This document shows positions 23,383 through 36,727 of a stretch of 64,000 nt of DNA, piece by piece. Source of the stretch: an uncultured Methyloversatilis sp. (lineage in GTDB: Bacteria; Pseudomonadota; Gammaproteobacteria; Burkholderiales; Rhodocyclaceae); assembly GCA_964488825.1 (NCBI GenBank), contig CAZAWN010000001.1, positions 1,818 to 65,817 of the forward strand, written 5' to 3'. Below the pieces are notes generated by a model. The model was not told where the DNA came from and did no database searches. It saw only the letters and a list, made by a program, of their open reading frames with translations. The first letter of the stretch is position 1, and the number at the start of each line of letters is the position of its first letter. Position numbers and translations under genes: made by a program.

Positions 23383-24531
23383 ATGAAATCATTCAGAAAA
23401 ACCTTGCTGGTCGCCTTGCTGGCCGGCGTTGCTGGATCGGCGTTTGCCGACATCAATGTCGGCGTGGTCGTCTCGGCGACTGGCCCGGCCGCTTCGCTGG
23501 GCATTCCAGAAAAGAACACATTCGCGCTGATGCCGACGAGCATTGGCGGCGAAAAGATCAACTTCATCATTCTCGACGACGCTTCGGATACCACCACGGC
23601 GGTAAAGAATACGCGCAAGCTGCTCACCGAAGACAAGGTGGATGTCATCATCGGCTCGACCATCACCCCGAACTCGCTGGCAATGATTGATATCGTCGCC
23701 GAGGCGGAAACTCCGATGATTTCGATGGCCGCATCAGCGCGAATCGTGGATACGAACAATCCCAAGGTAAAGTGGGTGTTCAAGACGCCGCAGAACGACA
23801 TTCAGATGTCTACTGCCATTGTTGAAAGCATGACAAACTCTGGCGTCAAGACCGTGGCTTTTATCGGTTTCGCGGATGCCTATGGCGAAGGTTGGTATCA
23901 GGAGTTCAGCAAGATTGCAGAGGCGCGCAAATTGCAAATCGTTGCTAACGAACGCTACAACCGTGCCGATACTTCCGTGACCGGGCAGGTGCTTAAAATC
24001 ATCGCGGCCAAGCCCGATGCGGTGCTGGTTGCCGGTTCCGGCACGCCGGCTGCCCTGCCGCAAAAGGCGCTTAAAGAGCGTGGTTACAAGGGCGCCTACT
24101 ACCAGACCCACGGCGTCGCCAACAAGGATTTCCTCCGCGTCTGCGGCAAGGATTGCGAAGGCACCCTACTGCCCGCCGGCCCGGTGCTGGTGGCGGCCCA
24201 GTTGCCGGACGACAACCCGATCAAGAAGGTGGCGCTCGATTACACCAACAAGTACGAGGCGGCGCACGGCAAAGGCAATACTTCCACCTTTGGTGCGCAT
24301 GCCTGGGATGCCGGCTTACTGCTGCAGAATGCCATACCGGTTGCGCTGAAGAAGGCCAAGCCGGGTTCCAAGGAGTTCAAGGCGGCCTTGCGCGATGCGC
24401 TCGAGGGTTTGAAGAATGTCACCCTTGCGCACGGCATCGTGAATATGTCTCCGCAGGATCATCTCGGTTTCGACCAGCGTGCACGTGTGATGGTCCAGGT
24501 CGTGAATGGTGACTGGAAGCTGGTCAAGTAA
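23383..24531 (+). CDS. ABC transporter substrate-binding protein, branched-chain/aromatic acid (LivJ-like) family
   Basis: GGAGG RBS before ATG 23383; signal peptide; SATGPAASLGIPEKN, LDDASD; heads a liv-type operon. Confidence 0.9.
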   Translation: MKSFRKTLLVALLAGVAGSAFADINVGVVVSATGPAASLGIPEKNTFALMPTSIGGEKINFIILDDASDTTTAVKNTRKLLTEDKVDVIIGSTITPNSLAMIDIVAEAETPMISMAASARIVDTNNPKVKWVFKTPQNDIQMSTAIVESMTNSGVKTVAFIGFADAYGEGWYQEFSKIAEARKLQIVANERYNRADTSVTGQVLKIIAAKPDAVLVAGSGTPAALPQKALKERGYKGAYYQTHGVANKDFLRVCGKDCEGTLLPAGPVLVAAQLPDDNPIKKVALDYTNKYEAAHGKGNTSTFGAHAWDAGLLLQNAIPVALKKAKPGSKEFKAALRDALEGLKNVTLAHGIVNMSPQDHLGFDQRARVMVQVVNGDWKLVK

Positions 24532-24551
24532 TATCCGGCCAGACATGAAGC

Positions 24552-24586
24552 AGGGCGTCGGCATCATCCGGCGCCCTTGTTCTTTT
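24552..24586 (+). terminator. Hairpin plus U-rich tail after the SBP gene (terminator or stabilising stem)
   Basis: AGGGCGTCGG-catcat-CCGGCGCCCT followed by TGTTCTTTT. Confidence 0.6.
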
Positions 24587-24615
24587 GATTTTCAACGCAA
24601 GCGAATGATTCGGCG

Positions 24616-25650
24616 ATGGATCTGCAAATAGCCCTGCTGCTGAGCCAGGACGGTATCGTCAATGGCGCCATCTACGCGCTTCTGGCGCTGGCGCTAGTGC
24701 TCGTTTTCGCGGTCACCCGCGTCATTTTCATCCCGCAGGGCGAGTTTGTCGCCTTTGGTGCACTCACGTTGGCCAGTCTCCAGACCGGTCAGGCGCCGGG
24801 TACGATCTGGTTGCTGCTCGCCTTCGGCTTTGCCGTTGTGGTGATAGACGCACCCTCCTGCCTCAAGCTCGGTCGGGGGAGATTCCTGAAACTGCTTGGC
24901 TGGCAGCTCGGTTATCCGCTGGCGATTGCTGCTTTGGCCTTGGGTGCTGCTCCGGGTGCTTGGCCGCTGTTCTTTCAGGTTCTATTCGCCTTGGCGGTGG
25001 TCGTCCCGCTTGGGCCGCAACTTTACCGCCTGGCGTATCAACCCATCGCCGAAGCGCCCGTGTTGGTGTTATTGATTGTTTCGGTGGCTGTCCATCTGGC
25101 TTTGGTTGGTTTGGGTTTGCTGTTTTTCGGCGCAGAGGGTTCGCGCACGCCAGCTTTCTCGGATACCCGTTTTGATATGGCCGGATTGACAGTCTCCGGG
25201 CAGAGCCTCTGGGTGATCGGCGCAAGTGCCGTGCTGATTGTCGGCCTCTATCTTTTCTTCGAGAAAAGTCTCTACGGCAAGGCATTGCGCGCGACCGCAG
25301 TGAATCGCGCCGGGGCGCGCCTGATGGGCATATCGACTACGCTGGCCGGAAAACTCTCCTTCCTGCTGGCAGCGGCAATCGGAACCTTGTCCGGCATCCT
25401 GATCGCGCCGCTCACGACGATTTATTACGATACCGGCTTCCTGATTGGTCTGAAAGGTTTCGTTGGCGCTATCGTCGGCGGATTGGCGAGTTATCCGGTT
25501 GCTGCCGCCGGCGCTTTGTTGGTGGGTCTGCTGGAAGCCTTTTCCTCTTTCTGGGCTTCCGCCTACAAGGAAGTGATCGTGTTTACCTTGATCATTCCGG
25601 TGCTGGTCTGGCGCTCCCTGACTACCCATCATGTCGAGGAAGAAGAATGA
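24616..25650 (+). CDS. Branched-chain amino acid type ABC permease (LivH-like)
   Basis: DGIVNGAIYALLALALVLVF, YGKALRATAVNRAGARLMGI. Confidence 0.9.
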   Translation: MDLQIALLLSQDGIVNGAIYALLALALVLVFAVTRVIFIPQGEFVAFGALTLASLQTGQAPGTIWLLLAFGFAVVVIDAPSCLKLGRGRFLKLLGWQLGYPLAIAALALGAAPGAWPLFFQVLFALAVVVPLGPQLYRLAYQPIAEAPVLVLLIVSVAVHLALVGLGLLFFGAEGSRTPAFSDTRFDMAGLTVSGQSLWVIGASAVLIVGLYLFFEKSLYGKALRATAVNRAGARLMGISTTLAGKLSFLLAAAIGTLSGILIAPLTTIYYDTGFLIGLKGFVGAIVGGLASYPVAAAGALLVGLLEAFSSFWASAYKEVIVFTLIIPVLVWRSLTTHHVEEEE

Positions 25651-27437
25651 AGCCGCGCATTGTTCTTGCCGCTTTCGTCGGCTTCCTGGCGCTCGCGCCG
25701 CTCGTCCTGCCCGATTTCTACGTGACGCTGCTCAACTACATCGGTTTGTATGCTCTGGTGGCCTTGGGCCTGGTTTTGCTCACCGGTATCGGCGGCTTGA
25801 CCTCTTTCGGACAGGCGGCTTTTGTCGGTATGGGCGCTTATGCGACAGCCTGGCTGACCACTGCTGCCACCTTGCCGGTCTGGCTCGCACCGCTGGCCAA
25901 TCCGTGGGGCGGTTTGCTGCTCGGTTTGATCATTACTGCGTTGTTTGCCCTGCTGCTGGGCGCCCTGACGCTGCGCCTTTCCGGCCACTATCTGCCGCTC
26001 GGTACGATTGCCTGGGGGATTTCCTTGTATTTCCTGTTTGGTAATCTCGAGTTTCTCGGCGGCCATACCGGTATAGGTGGCATTCCACCTTTGAGTGTCG
26101 CCGGGCTGGAGTTGCGAGACGGGCGTGATTTCTATTTTTTCATCTGGATCGTTCTGCTGGGGGCCATCTGGCTAACGCGCAATCTGCTCGACTCGCGTTC
26201 TGGTCGCGCTATCCGCGCACTCAAAGGCGGGGTGGTGATGGCTGAGGCGATGGGCGTCGATACCGGCCGCACGAAAATCGTCATCTTCCTGATCGCTGCT
26301 TTGTTCGCCTGCATCTCGGGATGGCTTTATGCCCATATGCAGCGCTTTGTCAATCCGACGCCTTTTGGTTTGCACATTGGCATCGAATATCTGTTCATGG
26401 CTGTGATTGGCGGTGCGGCCCATGTCTGGGGCGCGTTGGTTGGCGCCGCCCTGATTACCGTGATGAAGCAATGGCTGCAGGATTTGCTGCCGCAGTTGTT
26501 TGGCGCCACCGGTAATTTCGAGGTCATTGTGTTTGGTCTGTTGATGATCTTTGTCCTGCATCGTGCGCGTGCCGGGCTCTGGCCGTGGCTGGCGCGACTG
26601 GTTCCGTCCCAGGAGAGCCGTCCTGCCAGCGCCGAGTTTCAAGCCGACCCGCTGGAACGTCGCCCTGTCCATCCGCCAGGCACTCCGCTGCTTGATGTCC
26701 AGGATGCCGTTAAGCAGTTTGGCGGCTTGATTGCCAACGACCGAATGAGCTTGTCCGTAGCGGCGGGTGAAATCATGGCCTTGATTGGTCCGAACGGGGC
26801 AGGCAAATCGACCTTGTTCAATCTCATCACCGGGGTTGATCCGCCGACCCGCGGGGTCGTCAGGTTTCTTGATCAGCGTATCGATGGCTTGCGCTCGCGT
26901 GCGATTTCGCGCATGGGCATGAGCCGCACATTTCAACATGTCCGGCTGCTGCCGACCATGAGCGTTCTGGAAAATGTCGCGCTCGGTGCGCATATGCGCG
27001 GGCGACATGGCGTATCGACGGCGATGTTGCATCTTGAACGTGTCGAGGAAGGTCGCCTGCTCGCCGAGGCGGCGCGCCAGTGCGAGCGGGTAGGTTTGGG
27101 CGAGCATATTCACGATCTCGCCGGGAGCTTGCCGCTGGGCAAGCAACGGATCGTCGAAATTGCCCGTGCCCTGGCGTCCGATCCCTGTCTGTTGTTGCTG
27201 GACGAGCCCGCGGCCGGTTTGCGCTATCTGGAAAAGCAGGCCTTGGGCGAACTGTTGCGCAAGTTGCGTGCAACTGGCATGGGCATTCTGCTGGTCGAGC
27301 ACGACATGGAATTTGTCATGGATCTGGCGGATCGCGTGGTCGTGATGGAGTTCGGCAAGAAGATTGCCGAGGGTGAGCCGCGTGAGGTGCAAAGCAATCC
27401 TGCCGTGATCGAAGCCTATCTTGGCGGAGTCGATTGA
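25647..27437 (+). CDS. Fused ABC permease/ATPase (LivM-LivG type)
   Basis: N-terminal LivM-like TMs (SFGQAAFVG); C-terminal [24 protein letters not shown]. Confidence 0.9.
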   Translation: MKPRIVLAAFVGFLALAPLVLPDFYVTLLNYIGLYALVALGLVLLTGIGGLTSFGQAAFVGMGAYATAWLTTAATLPVWLAPLANPWGGLLLGLIITALFALLLGALTLRLSGHYLPLGTIAWGISLYFLFGNLEFLGGHTGIGGIPPLSVAGLELRDGRDFYFFIWIVLLGAIWLTRNLLDSRSGRAIRALKGGVVMAEAMGVDTGRTKIVIFLIAALFACISGWLYAHMQRFVNPTPFGLHIGIEYLFMAVIGGAAHVWGALVGAALITVMKQWLQDLLPQLFGATGNFEVIVFGLLMIFVLHRARAGLWPWLARLVPSQESRPASAEFQADPLERRPVHPPGTPLLDVQDAVKQFGGLIANDRMSLSVAAGEIMALIGPNGAGKSTLFNLITGVDPPTRGVVRFLDQRIDGLRSRAISRMGMSRTFQHVRLLPTMSVLENVALGAHMRGRHGVSTAMLHLERVEEGRLLAEAARQCERVGLGEHIHDLAGSLPLGKQRIVEIARALASDPCLLLLDEPAAGLRYLEKQALGELLRKLRATGMGILLVEHDMEFVMDLADRVVVMEFGKKIAEGEPREVQSNPAVIEAYLGGVD

Positions 27438-27438
27438 G

Positions 27439-28185
27439 ATGAGCGAACCCTGTTCTGCACCCATTCTTACCGTCAACGAACTGTCGGTTTCCTACGGCAA
27501 GGTCGAGGCGCTGCATACGGTTTCCCTGCGTGTCCGTCCTGGTGAGATTGTCACCGTGATCGGACCGAACGGCGCTGGCAAGACGACTCTGCTTGCCGCG
27601 ATCATGGGAGTGTTGCCCTTCAGTCATGGTGAGATCTCTTTCCAGGGTGCTGCCTACCGTCATGTGGATATCGAGGATATGGTGGCACGCGGCATGACGC
27701 TGGTCCCGGAAAAGCGCGAGTTGTTTGGCGACATGAGCGTGGCCGACAACCTGCTGCTCGGTGCTTTCATGCGCCGGCGCTTGGGTTTTCGCGATGAGAG
27801 TGCCACGCTGGATCGTGTATATGGCATCTTCCCCCGCCTCAAGGAGCGCGAGAAACAGATGGCCGGCACTTTGTCTGGTGGCGAGCGTCAGATGCTTGCG
27901 GTAGGTCGCGCATTGATGGCCCAGCCAAAGATTCTCATGCTTGATGAACCGAGTCTCGGACTGGCGCCTCTGATCGTCCGTGAAATCTTCCGTGTTATCT
28001 CCGATCTGCGCGAGTTGGGTGTCGCCATTCTGCTGGTCGAACAGAATGCCCGCGCCGCTTTACAGGTTTCTGATTACGGCTACGTTCTGGAAACTGGAGA
28101 GATCGCCTTGGAGGGTCCCTCCGACCAGCTGATCGATGATCCGAAGGTTGTCGAGAGCTATCTGGGTCTCGGTGCCAAGCATTGA
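27439..28185 (+). CDS. ABC ATP-binding protein (LivF-like)
   Basis: [33 protein letters not shown]. Confidence 0.92.
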   Translation: MSEPCSAPILTVNELSVSYGKVEALHTVSLRVRPGEIVTVIGPNGAGKTTLLAAIMGVLPFSHGEISFQGAAYRHVDIEDMVARGMTLVPEKRELFGDMSVADNLLLGAFMRRRLGFRDESATLDRVYGIFPRLKEREKQMAGTLSGGERQMLAVGRALMAQPKILMLDEPSLGLAPLIVREIFRVISDLRELGVAILLVEQNARAALQVSDYGYVLETGEIALEGPSDQLIDDPKVVESYLGLGAKH

Positions 28186-28189
28186 ATGA

Positions 28190-28205
28190 TGTTTCACGTG
28201 AAACC
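28190..28205. promoter_or_regulatory. parS centromere site 1
   Basis: TGTTTCACGTGAAACC, one mismatch to the consensus TGTTTCACGTGAAACA; upstream of mnmG-rsmG-parAB. Confidence 0.92.
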
Positions 28206-28214
28206 TTGAGGTGC

Positions 28215-28230
28215 GGTTTCACGTGAAACA
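28215..28230. promoter_or_regulatory. parS centromere site 2
   Basis: GGTTTCACGTGAAACA, one mismatch to the consensus. Confidence 0.92.
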
Positions 28231-28309
28231 TGCTGTGTCAGGCGGGTGACGGGGTATCATTGCGCCCCTTCGACGGTTTCATGCCGTCCTGCCAGAGCCG
28301 ACTTTCTCA

Positions 28310-30184
28310 ATGCAGTTTCCCGTTCGTTACGATGTGATCGTGATCGGTGGTGGCCATGCCGGCACCGAAGCCGCCCTAGCTGCCGCGCGCATGGGTGCGC
28401 GCACCTTGTTGCTGACTCACAATATCGAAACACTGGGGGCGATGTCGTGCAATCCGTCGATCGGCGGTATCGGCAAGGGGCATCTGGTGAAGGAGGTCGA
28501 TGCGCTGGGCGGAGCGATGGCGCTGGCGGCCGACGCTGCCGGCATCCAGTTTCGCATCTTGAATGCTTCCAAGGGTCCGGCCGTGCGCGCCACGCGCGCC
28601 CAGGCGGATAGGGCGCTCTACCGGCAGGCGATCCGTACCCTGCTGGAAAATCAGCCGAATCTGACGATCTTTCAGCAGGCCGCCGAAGATATTGAAGTAT
28701 CCGGCGACCGGGTGGTGGCTGTGACTGCACAGCTTGGGGTGCGCTTCGAAACGGCCTGCGTGGTGCTGACTGCGGGAACCTTTCTGAATGGACTGGTGCA
28801 TGTGGGTCTGGAGAGTTATCGCGCCGGTCGCTTCGGCGATCCACCCTCTCTGTCGCTGGCTGCTCGCTTGCGCGAGTTGAACCTGCCGGTCGGAAGGCTC
28901 AAGACCGGTACGCCGCCGCGTCTCGACGGCAAGACCATTGATTTCTCGGTGATGCAGGAGCAGCCGGGCGATACGCCGGTACCGGTATTCTCGTTTCTCG
29001 GCAAAGCAGAACAGCATCCGCGACAGATTCCCTGCTGGATTACTCACACCAATCAGCGCACCCACGAGATCATTCGCGGCGGTCTGGATCGTTCACCGAT
29101 GTTTACCGGGGTGATCGAGGGGGTCGGGCCGCGCTACTGTCCGTCGATCGAGGACAAGATTCACCGTTTCGCCGGCAAGGACAGTCATCAGATCTTCCTC
29201 GAACCCGAAGGCTTGGACACACACGAGTACTACCCGCAGGGTATTTCGACCAGCCTGCCTTTCGATGTGCAGCTTGAGTTGGTGCATTCGATTCGTGGCC
29301 TGGAGAGTGCGCATATCACCCGCCCGGGCTACGCCATCGAGTACGACTACTTCGATCCACGCGCCCTCAAGGCGACGCTGGAAACGCACGCCATCGGCGG
29401 ACTCTTTTTTGCCGGACAGATCAATGGCACGACGGGTTACGAAGAGGCTGCTGCGCAGGGGCTGCTGGCCGGCTTGAACGCCGCCCGTCAGGCGCTCGGA
29501 CAGGAGGGCTGGTGGCCGCGCCGCGACGAGGCCTATCTGGGCGTGCTGGCCGACGACCTGATTACGCGCGGGGTAAGCGAACCCTATCGGATGTTTACCA
29601 GCCGCGCCGAGTACCGGCTGAGTCTGCGCGAAGACAATGCCGACTTGCGACTGACCGAAATTGGACGTCAATTGGGACTGGTCGACGACCTGCGTTGGGA
29701 TGCATTCAACCGTAAACGCGATGCCATTGCCGGCGAGGTGGAGCGCCTGAAAGCTTGCTGGGTGAATCCGCAGAACGTAGCACGGCACGCGGTCGAGCGC
29801 GTGCTGGGCAAGCCGATTGAGCGTGAGTACAGCCTGTTCGATCTGTTGCGTCGCCCGGAAGTCGATTACGCCAGCCTGATGACCCTGCCGGGCGCCGGGA
29901 CGCCGGTTGCCGCGGCCGAGGTGGTCGAGCAGGTCGAGATTCATGCCAAATATCACGGCTATATCGCACGTCAGAAAGACGACGTTGAGAAGATGGCGCA
30001 ACAGGAAAGCACGCCGATCCCCGCTGATCTTGATTACGCTGCGCTGAACGGACTGTCGATCGAGGTGCGTCAGCGACTGGCACAGCAGCGTCCGCAGACG
30101 GTCGGTCAGGCCAGCCGGATTCAGGGTGTCACGCCGGCCGCCATTGCCGTGCTGCTGGTTCATTTGAAACGGTGGCGCGGATGA
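28310..30184 (+). CDS. mnmG: tRNA uridine-5-carboxymethylaminomethyl modification enzyme MnmG
   Basis: [50 protein letters not shown]. Confidence 0.99.
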   Translation: MQFPVRYDVIVIGGGHAGTEAALAAARMGARTLLLTHNIETLGAMSCNPSIGGIGKGHLVKEVDALGGAMALAADAAGIQFRILNASKGPAVRATRAQADRALYRQAIRTLLENQPNLTIFQQAAEDIEVSGDRVVAVTAQLGVRFETACVVLTAGTFLNGLVHVGLESYRAGRFGDPPSLSLAARLRELNLPVGRLKTGTPPRLDGKTIDFSVMQEQPGDTPVPVFSFLGKAEQHPRQIPCWITHTNQRTHEIIRGGLDRSPMFTGVIEGVGPRYCPSIEDKIHRFAGKDSHQIFLEPEGLDTHEYYPQGISTSLPFDVQLELVHSIRGLESAHITRPGYAIEYDYFDPRALKATLETHAIGGLFFAGQINGTTGYEEAAAQGLLAGLNAARQALGQEGWWPRRDEAYLGVLADDLITRGVSEPYRMFTSRAEYRLSLREDNADLRLTEIGRQLGLVDDLRWDAFNRKRDAIAGEVERLKACWVNPQNVARHAVERVLGKPIEREYSLFDLLRRPEVDYASLMTLPGAGTPVAAAEVVEQVEIHAKYHGYIARQKDDVEKMAQQESTPIPADLDYAALNGLSIEVRQRLAQQRPQTVGQASRIQGVTPAAIAVLLVHLKRWRG

Positions 30185-30801
30185 AGCTCGAGGAAGGCAT
30201 CGCCGCGCTTGGCATTGCACTGCCTGACGCCACCGTAAGCAAGCTGTCCGCCTATCTTGCCCTGCTGGCGAAGTGGAACAAAACCTATAACCTGACGGCA
30301 GTGCGCAACCCGCAGGAGATGGTGACCCATCATCTTCTCGATTGCCTCGCGGTACTGCCTGTATTGCGAAACTCGGCGTTGGCGGGACGGCACTACCGCC
30401 TGGCCGATGTGGGCAGCGGCGCAGGATTGCCGGGTCTGGTACTGGCGCTGGCTTGTCCGGAATGGTCTGTGACATTAATCGAGGCAGTGGAGAAGAAGGC
30501 GGCATTTCAGCGGCAAGTGAAGATCGAGCTGGGGATGGTCAATGTCGAAATTCATGGCGGGCGGGTCGAGGAGTGTGTCGGCCGGCAGTTCTCGGCGACG
30601 ATATCGCGCGCCTTTGCCAGCCTGGCTGATTTCATCGGCGCTGCCGGTCATCTATCCGACTGTCTGTGGGCCATGAAGGGCGTCTATCCGGCGGATGAGG
30701 TAGCCTCGCTGCCCACCGGTTGGCGCATCGAAGCAGTACATCAGTTGCGCGTTCCCGGTCTCGCTGCGGAACGCTGCTTGTTGCGAGTAGGGAGAGTCTG
30801 A
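30181..30801 (+). CDS. rsmG: 16S rRNA m7G527 methyltransferase
   Basis: [30 protein letters not shown]. Confidence 0.96.
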   Translation: MKLEEGIAALGIALPDATVSKLSAYLALLAKWNKTYNLTAVRNPQEMVTHHLLDCLAVLPVLRNSALAGRHYRLADVGSGAGLPGLVLALACPEWSVTLIEAVEKKAAFQRQVKIELGMVNVEIHGGRVEECVGRQFSATISRAFASLADFIGAAGHLSDCLWAMKGVYPADEVASLPTGWRIEAVHQLRVPGLAAERCLLRVGRV

Positions 30802-30803
30802 GC

Positions 30804-31589
30804 ATGCATATTTTCGTCATCGCCAACCAGAAGGGCGGCGTGGGTAAAACGACCACCTCAGTCAATCTGGCCGCCGGTCTGGCTGCCGCCGGGCAGCGTA
30901 CTCTGCTGGTCGATCTTGATCCGCAGGGTAACGCCACGATGGGTAGCGGCGTGGACAAGCGTTCGCTCAGTGCATCGGTGTATCAAATGCTGCTTGGCCT
31001 CGCCACCCTGCAGCAAGTACGGGTGCAATCACCCAGCGGCAAGTATGACGTGCTGCCGGCCAACCGCGAACTGGCGGGTGCCGAGGTTGAACTGGTCGAT
31101 CTCGACCGGCGCGAGCAACGCCTCAGACAGGCGCTGGCTCAGCATGTGGAGGAATACGATTTCGTCTTGATCGACTGTCCGCCGTCCTTGTCGATGCTGA
31201 CACTCAACGGTCTGTGCTCGGCGCACGGCGTAATCATTCCGATGCAGTGCGAGTACTACGCGCTGGAGGGATTGTCCGATCTGGTCAACACCATCAAGCA
31301 GGTACATCGCAATCTGAATCGTGATCTGCGCATTATCGGTTTGTTGCGCGTGATGTTCGATCCGCGTTCAACCTTGGCGAACCAGGTGTCGAGACAACTC
31401 GAAGAGCATTTTGGCGACAAGGTATTCAAGACGCTGGTACCGCGCAACGTGCGTCTCGCGGAGGCGCCCAGCTACGGGATTCCAGGGGTGCTATTCGACA
31501 AAGGCGCCAAGGGCGCCCAGGCCTATCTCGCCTTTGCGCGTGAGTTGATCGAGCGCGTGGAAGCATGGAGCAAGGAGCAAACAACATGA
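30804..31589 (+). CDS. parA: Chromosome partitioning ATPase ParA
   Basis: ANQKGGVGKTT, DLDPQGNAT, DCPPSL, RNVRLAEAPSYG. Confidence 0.97.
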   Translation: MHIFVIANQKGGVGKTTTSVNLAAGLAAAGQRTLLVDLDPQGNATMGSGVDKRSLSASVYQMLLGLATLQQVRVQSPSGKYDVLPANRELAGAEVELVDLDRREQRLRQALAQHVEEYDFVLIDCPPSLSMLTLNGLCSAHGVIIPMQCEYYALEGLSDLVNTIKQVHRNLNRDLRIIGLLRVMFDPRSTLANQVSRQLEEHFGDKVFKTLVPRNVRLAEAPSYGIPGVLFDKGAKGAQAYLAFARELIERVEAWSKEQTT

Positions 31590-32458
31590 TGCAAAGAAAG
31601 AAAGGCCTTGGTCGAGGTCTGGATGCACTACTGGGCAGCAATGAAGAAGAAGGGCAGGGCGGCGGAAGTCAGCGTCAGGAAACGCTGCAGATAGGTGCAT
31701 TACAGCCCGGCAAGTATCAGCCGCGGACACGCATGGACCCCGGTTCGCTGGAAGATCTTGCCGCCTCGATCAAGGCGCAGGGTTTGATTCAACCGATTTC
31801 CGTTCGTCCGGTCGGAGTGGATCGCTACGAGATCATCGCCGGGGAAAGACGCTGGCGCGCCGCCCAGATTGCCGGCTTGCTCGAAGTTCCGGTGCTGATT
31901 CGGTCGATACCGGACGACGCTGCTCTGGCGATATCCTTGATCGAAAACATCCAGCGCGAAGATCTCAATCCGCTTGAGGAAGCGGCCGGATTGCAGCGGT
32001 TGATCGAAGAGTTCGGCATGTCCCATCAGCAAGCCGCCGATGCGGTTGGTCGCTCCCGCTCGGCGGCGACCAATCTTCTGCGCTTGCTGCAACTGGCCAA
32101 ACCGGCACAGGATCTGCTGATGGCGGGTGACATCGAGATGGGTCATGCGCGGGCTATCCTTGCCGCGCCAAAAACCGAACAGGGGAGATTGGCGGCAGAG
32201 GTCGCGGACAAGGGATACTCGGTGCGCGAAACCGAGAAACGCATTACCCGAGAACTGAATCCGCCAGCACAGAAAGGCGCCGCCGAGAAAAGCCGTGATC
32301 TGGTCAGGTTGGAAGAAGAAATTGCTGACGTGATCGGGGCCAATGTTGCGCTAAGCGCCAATCGCAAAGGCGCAGGTGCGATAACGATACGCTTCTCCAG
32401 CCTTGATCAACTGGATGGCATTTTGAGACGTTTGCGCGGAACGGAATTCAGCGAATGA
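31586..32458 (+). CDS. parB: Chromosome partitioning protein ParB
   Basis: KKGLGRGLDALL, AGERRWRAAQ, ENIQREDLNPLEEA. Confidence 0.97.
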   Translation: MMQRKKGLGRGLDALLGSNEEEGQGGGSQRQETLQIGALQPGKYQPRTRMDPGSLEDLAASIKAQGLIQPISVRPVGVDRYEIIAGERRWRAAQIAGLLEVPVLIRSIPDDAALAISLIENIQREDLNPLEEAAGLQRLIEEFGMSHQQAADAVGRSRSAATNLLRLLQLAKPAQDLLMAGDIEMGHARAILAAPKTEQGRLAAEVADKGYSVRETEKRITRELNPPAQKGAAEKSRDLVRLEEEIADVIGANVALSANRKGAGAITIRFSSLDQLDGILRRLRGTEFSE

Positions 32459-32494
32459 TGTACGCCATAAAAATGGTGCATAGCAATAAAAATA

Positions 32495-32523
32495 TTGACT
32501 TATTGGCGCGATCCGAATATAGT
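32495..32523 (+). promoter_or_regulatory. Sigma70 promoter of the atp operon
   Basis: TTGACT (32495-32500), 17 nt spacer, TATAGT (32518-32523); preceded by an A/T-rich UP-like tract. Confidence 0.7.
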
Positions 32524-32617
32524 TCTTTGGCTTTCGGTAGAGTGTGTTGTTCGCGCTTGTTAGGGCGAACGGCGGGACTGGAAACGGAATGATGGTGGTA
32601 GAAAGGCTGTTGCTGGA

Positions 32618-34094
<1,477 letters not shown>

Positions 34095-34139
34095 GCGGCT
34101 TTACCCTTTACGTTCGATAACGCTTAAAGGAGCGAAACC

Positions 34140-34610
34140 GTGAATTTGAACGCAACGCTATTCGCACAGCTGGTTGTGTTCTTTATTTTGGCGTGGTTCA
34201 CGATGAAATTCGTGTGGCCACCCATCATGAAGGCGCTTGACGAGCGTGCGGGCAAGATCGCCGATGGTCTGGCAGCGGCTGACAAGGCGAAAACCGATCT
34301 GCAGCTGGCGGAGCGTCGTGCAACCGACGAGCTGCGCAAGGCGCGGGAAGCTTCGAATGAATTGCGTGCCGGGGCTGAGCGCCAGGGCGCACAATTACTG
34401 GATGAGGCACGTTCGGAAGCGGCCCGGATTGTTGCTGCTGCGCGAACTGCAGCCGAGTCCGAAGCGGCTGTTGCCGCACAGCGCGCCAGAGAAGCGCTGC
34501 GTGATCAAGTTGCCATGCTGGCTGTTGCCGGCGCAGAGAAGATTCTCCGCAAGGAAATCGATGCTGCGAAACATGCCGACCTGCTCAGCCAGTTGAAAGC
34601 GGAACTGTAA
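34140..34610 (+). CDS. atpF: ATP synthase F0 subunit b
   Basis: MNLNATL, KFVWPP. Confidence 0.97.
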   Translation: MNLNATLFAQLVVFFILAWFTMKFVWPPIMKALDERAGKIADGLAAADKAKTDLQLAERRATDELRKAREASNELRAGAERQGAQLLDEARSEAARIVAAARTAAESEAAVAAQRAREALRDQVAMLAVAGAEKILRKEIDAAKHADLLSQLKAEL

Positions 34611-34615
34611 ACGCC

Positions 34616-35149
34616 ATGGCCGAGAACGTCACCGTCGCTCGCCCCTATGCGGAAGCGGCATTTGCCATGGCCAAATCGGGTGCTGCCTTGGCAGTCTGGG
34701 ATAGCGCTCTGGCAAGAATGGCTACAGTCTCTGCTGATGAGCAGATGCAGGAGTGTATTGATGACCCGCGGATTCCTCCGAAGACCTTGGGCGATTTGTT
34801 CCTGGGCGTCTGCGGAGAGCTGACAGAGGAGCAGAAAAGCTTCGCAAATCTTCTGGTCGAGAATCGACGTTTGAAAGTCTTGCCGGAAATTAGCGAACTC
34901 TTCGAACAGCTGAAGAATGCCGAGGAAGATACTCGCGAGGCTATTGTCAGCACGGCATTTCCGCTGAACGATGCACAAGTCAACAATCTGGTGGCTGATC
35001 TGGAGCGCAAATTCGGTTGCAAGATCAAGGCAACCATTGAAATTGCGCCGGAATTGATCGGTGGTGTCCGTATTGCCCTGGGCGACCAGGTAATCGATGC
35101 ATCCGTCCGCGGCAAGCTCGCCGCGATGGCGGTTACGCTAAAGAACTAG
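34616..35149 (+). CDS. atpH: ATP synthase F1 subunit delta
   Basis: [23 protein letters not shown]. Confidence 0.97.
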   Translation: MAENVTVARPYAEAAFAMAKSGAALAVWDSALARMATVSADEQMQECIDDPRIPPKTLGDLFLGVCGELTEEQKSFANLLVENRRLKVLPEISELFEQLKNAEEDTREAIVSTAFPLNDAQVNNLVADLERKFGCKIKATIEIAPELIGGVRIALGDQVIDASVRGKLAAMAVTLKN

Positions 35150-35160
35150 GAGTTTTTTCC

Positions 35161-36699
35161 ATGAATCTCAATCCCTCCGAAATCAGCGATCTGATCAAGA
35201 GCCGGATCCAGAACATGCAGTTGGCAGCCACCGCCAAGAACGAAGGCACGGTGGTGTCGGTGACGGACGGTATTTGTCGTATTCACGGTCTGGCAGACGT
35301 CATGCAGGGCGAAATGCTGGAGTTCCCGGGCAATACCTTCGGGCTGGCGCTTAACCTTGAGCGAGACTCGGTCGGCTCCGTGGTCATGGGTGACTATGAG
35401 CATATTTCGGAAGGTGATACCGTCAAATGCACAGGTCGCATCCTCGAAGTGCCGATCGGCCCAGAACTTCTGGGTCGTGTCGTGAATGCTTTGGGAGAAC
35501 CTATCGACGGTAAGGGACCGATCAACGCCAAATTGACCGACAAGGTCGAGAAAGTCGCTCCGGGCGTAATCTGGCGCAAGTCGGTTTCGCAACCGGTACA
35601 GTCAGGTTTGAAGGCTATCGATTCCATGGTACCTATCGGTCGCGGACAACGCGAACTGATCATTGGTGACCGTCAGACCGGAAAGACCGCGGTTGCTGTC
35701 GATACGATCATCAACCAGAAGGGTCAGAACATGTTCTGTATCTACGTGGCAATCGGCCAAAAGGCCTCGACGATTGCCAACGTGGTGCGGAAACTCGAAG
35801 AGCGCGGCGCGATGGAATACACCATCGTGGTTGCTGCATCGGCCTCCGACTCGGCAGCCATGCAATTCCTCGCTCCTTATGCTGGATGCACGATGGGTGA
35901 GTACTTCCGCGACAACGGCATGGACGCCCTGATCATATATGACGATTTGACCAAACAGGCCTGGGCCTACCGCCAGATCTCCCTGCTGCTGCGTCGTCCG
36001 CCGGGTCGGGAAGCTTATCCGGGCGATGTGTTCTATATTCACTCCCGACTGCTTGAGCGCGCCGCACGGGTTTCGGAAGCCTGGGTGGAGCGCCACACGG
36101 GGGGGAAGGTTACTGGCAAAACTGGTTCGCTCACGGCTCTGCCGGTGATTGAAACACAGGCCGGTGACGTATCCGCGTTTGTGCCGACCAACGTAATCTC
36201 GATTACCGATGGTCAGATTTTCCTTGAGACAGACCTGTTCAACGCCGGTATCCGTCCCGCCATGAACGCCGGCGTCTCGGTGTCCCGCGTCGGTGGTGCT
36301 GCCCAGACTAAAGTAATCAAGAAGCTTGGCGGCGGTGTGCGACTTGCCCTTGCACAATATCGCGAACTCGCCGCATTTGCCCAGTTTGCATCCGATCTTG
36401 ACGACGCCACCCGCAAGCAGTTGGAGCGTGGTCGTAGAGTGACCGAACTGATGAAGCAGCCGCAGTTTGCTCCGCTATCAGTTGCAGAAATGGCGGTTTC
36501 ACTGTTCGCAGCCAACCAGGGATTCCTCGACGACGTCGATAATGCCAAGATTCTCTCTTTCGAAGCCGCTCTACATCAGTTCATGCGTCAGCAACATGCC
36601 TCACTGATGGAGAAGATCGAAAGTTCGCGCGATCTGGATAAGGACGGCGAAGCTGAAATGGCCAGTGCAGTTGCGGCATTCAAGAAAACCTGGGCTTGA
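35161..36699 (+). CDS. atpA: ATP synthase F1 subunit alpha
   Basis: [20 protein letters not shown]. Confidence 0.99.
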   Translation: MNLNPSEISDLIKSRIQNMQLAATAKNEGTVVSVTDGICRIHGLADVMQGEMLEFPGNTFGLALNLERDSVGSVVMGDYEHISEGDTVKCTGRILEVPIGPELLGRVVNALGEPIDGKGPINAKLTDKVEKVAPGVIWRKSVSQPVQSGLKAIDSMVPIGRGQRELIIGDRQTGKTAVAVDTIINQKGQNMFCIYVAIGQKASTIANVVRKLEERGAMEYTIVVAASASDSAAMQFLAPYAGCTMGEYFRDNGMDALIIYDDLTKQAWAYRQISLLLRRPPGREAYPGDVFYIHSRLLERAARVSEAWVERHTGGKVTGKTGSLTALPVIETQAGDVSAFVPTNVISITDGQIFLETDLFNAGIRPAMNAGVSVSRVGGAAQTKVIKKLGGGVRLALAQYRELAAFAQFASDLDDATRKQLERGRRVTELMKQPQFAPLSVAEMAVSLFAANQGFLDDVDNAKILSFEAALHQFMRQQHASLMEKIESSRDLDKDGEAEMASAVAAFKKTWA

Positions 36700-36727
36700 T
36701 CGCACACCGATAATTTAGGAGAGCGCG

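Noticed and set aside
25647-27437. LivM-LivG fusion as a novelty
   Set aside because: Permease-ATPase fusions are common in this transporter subfamily.
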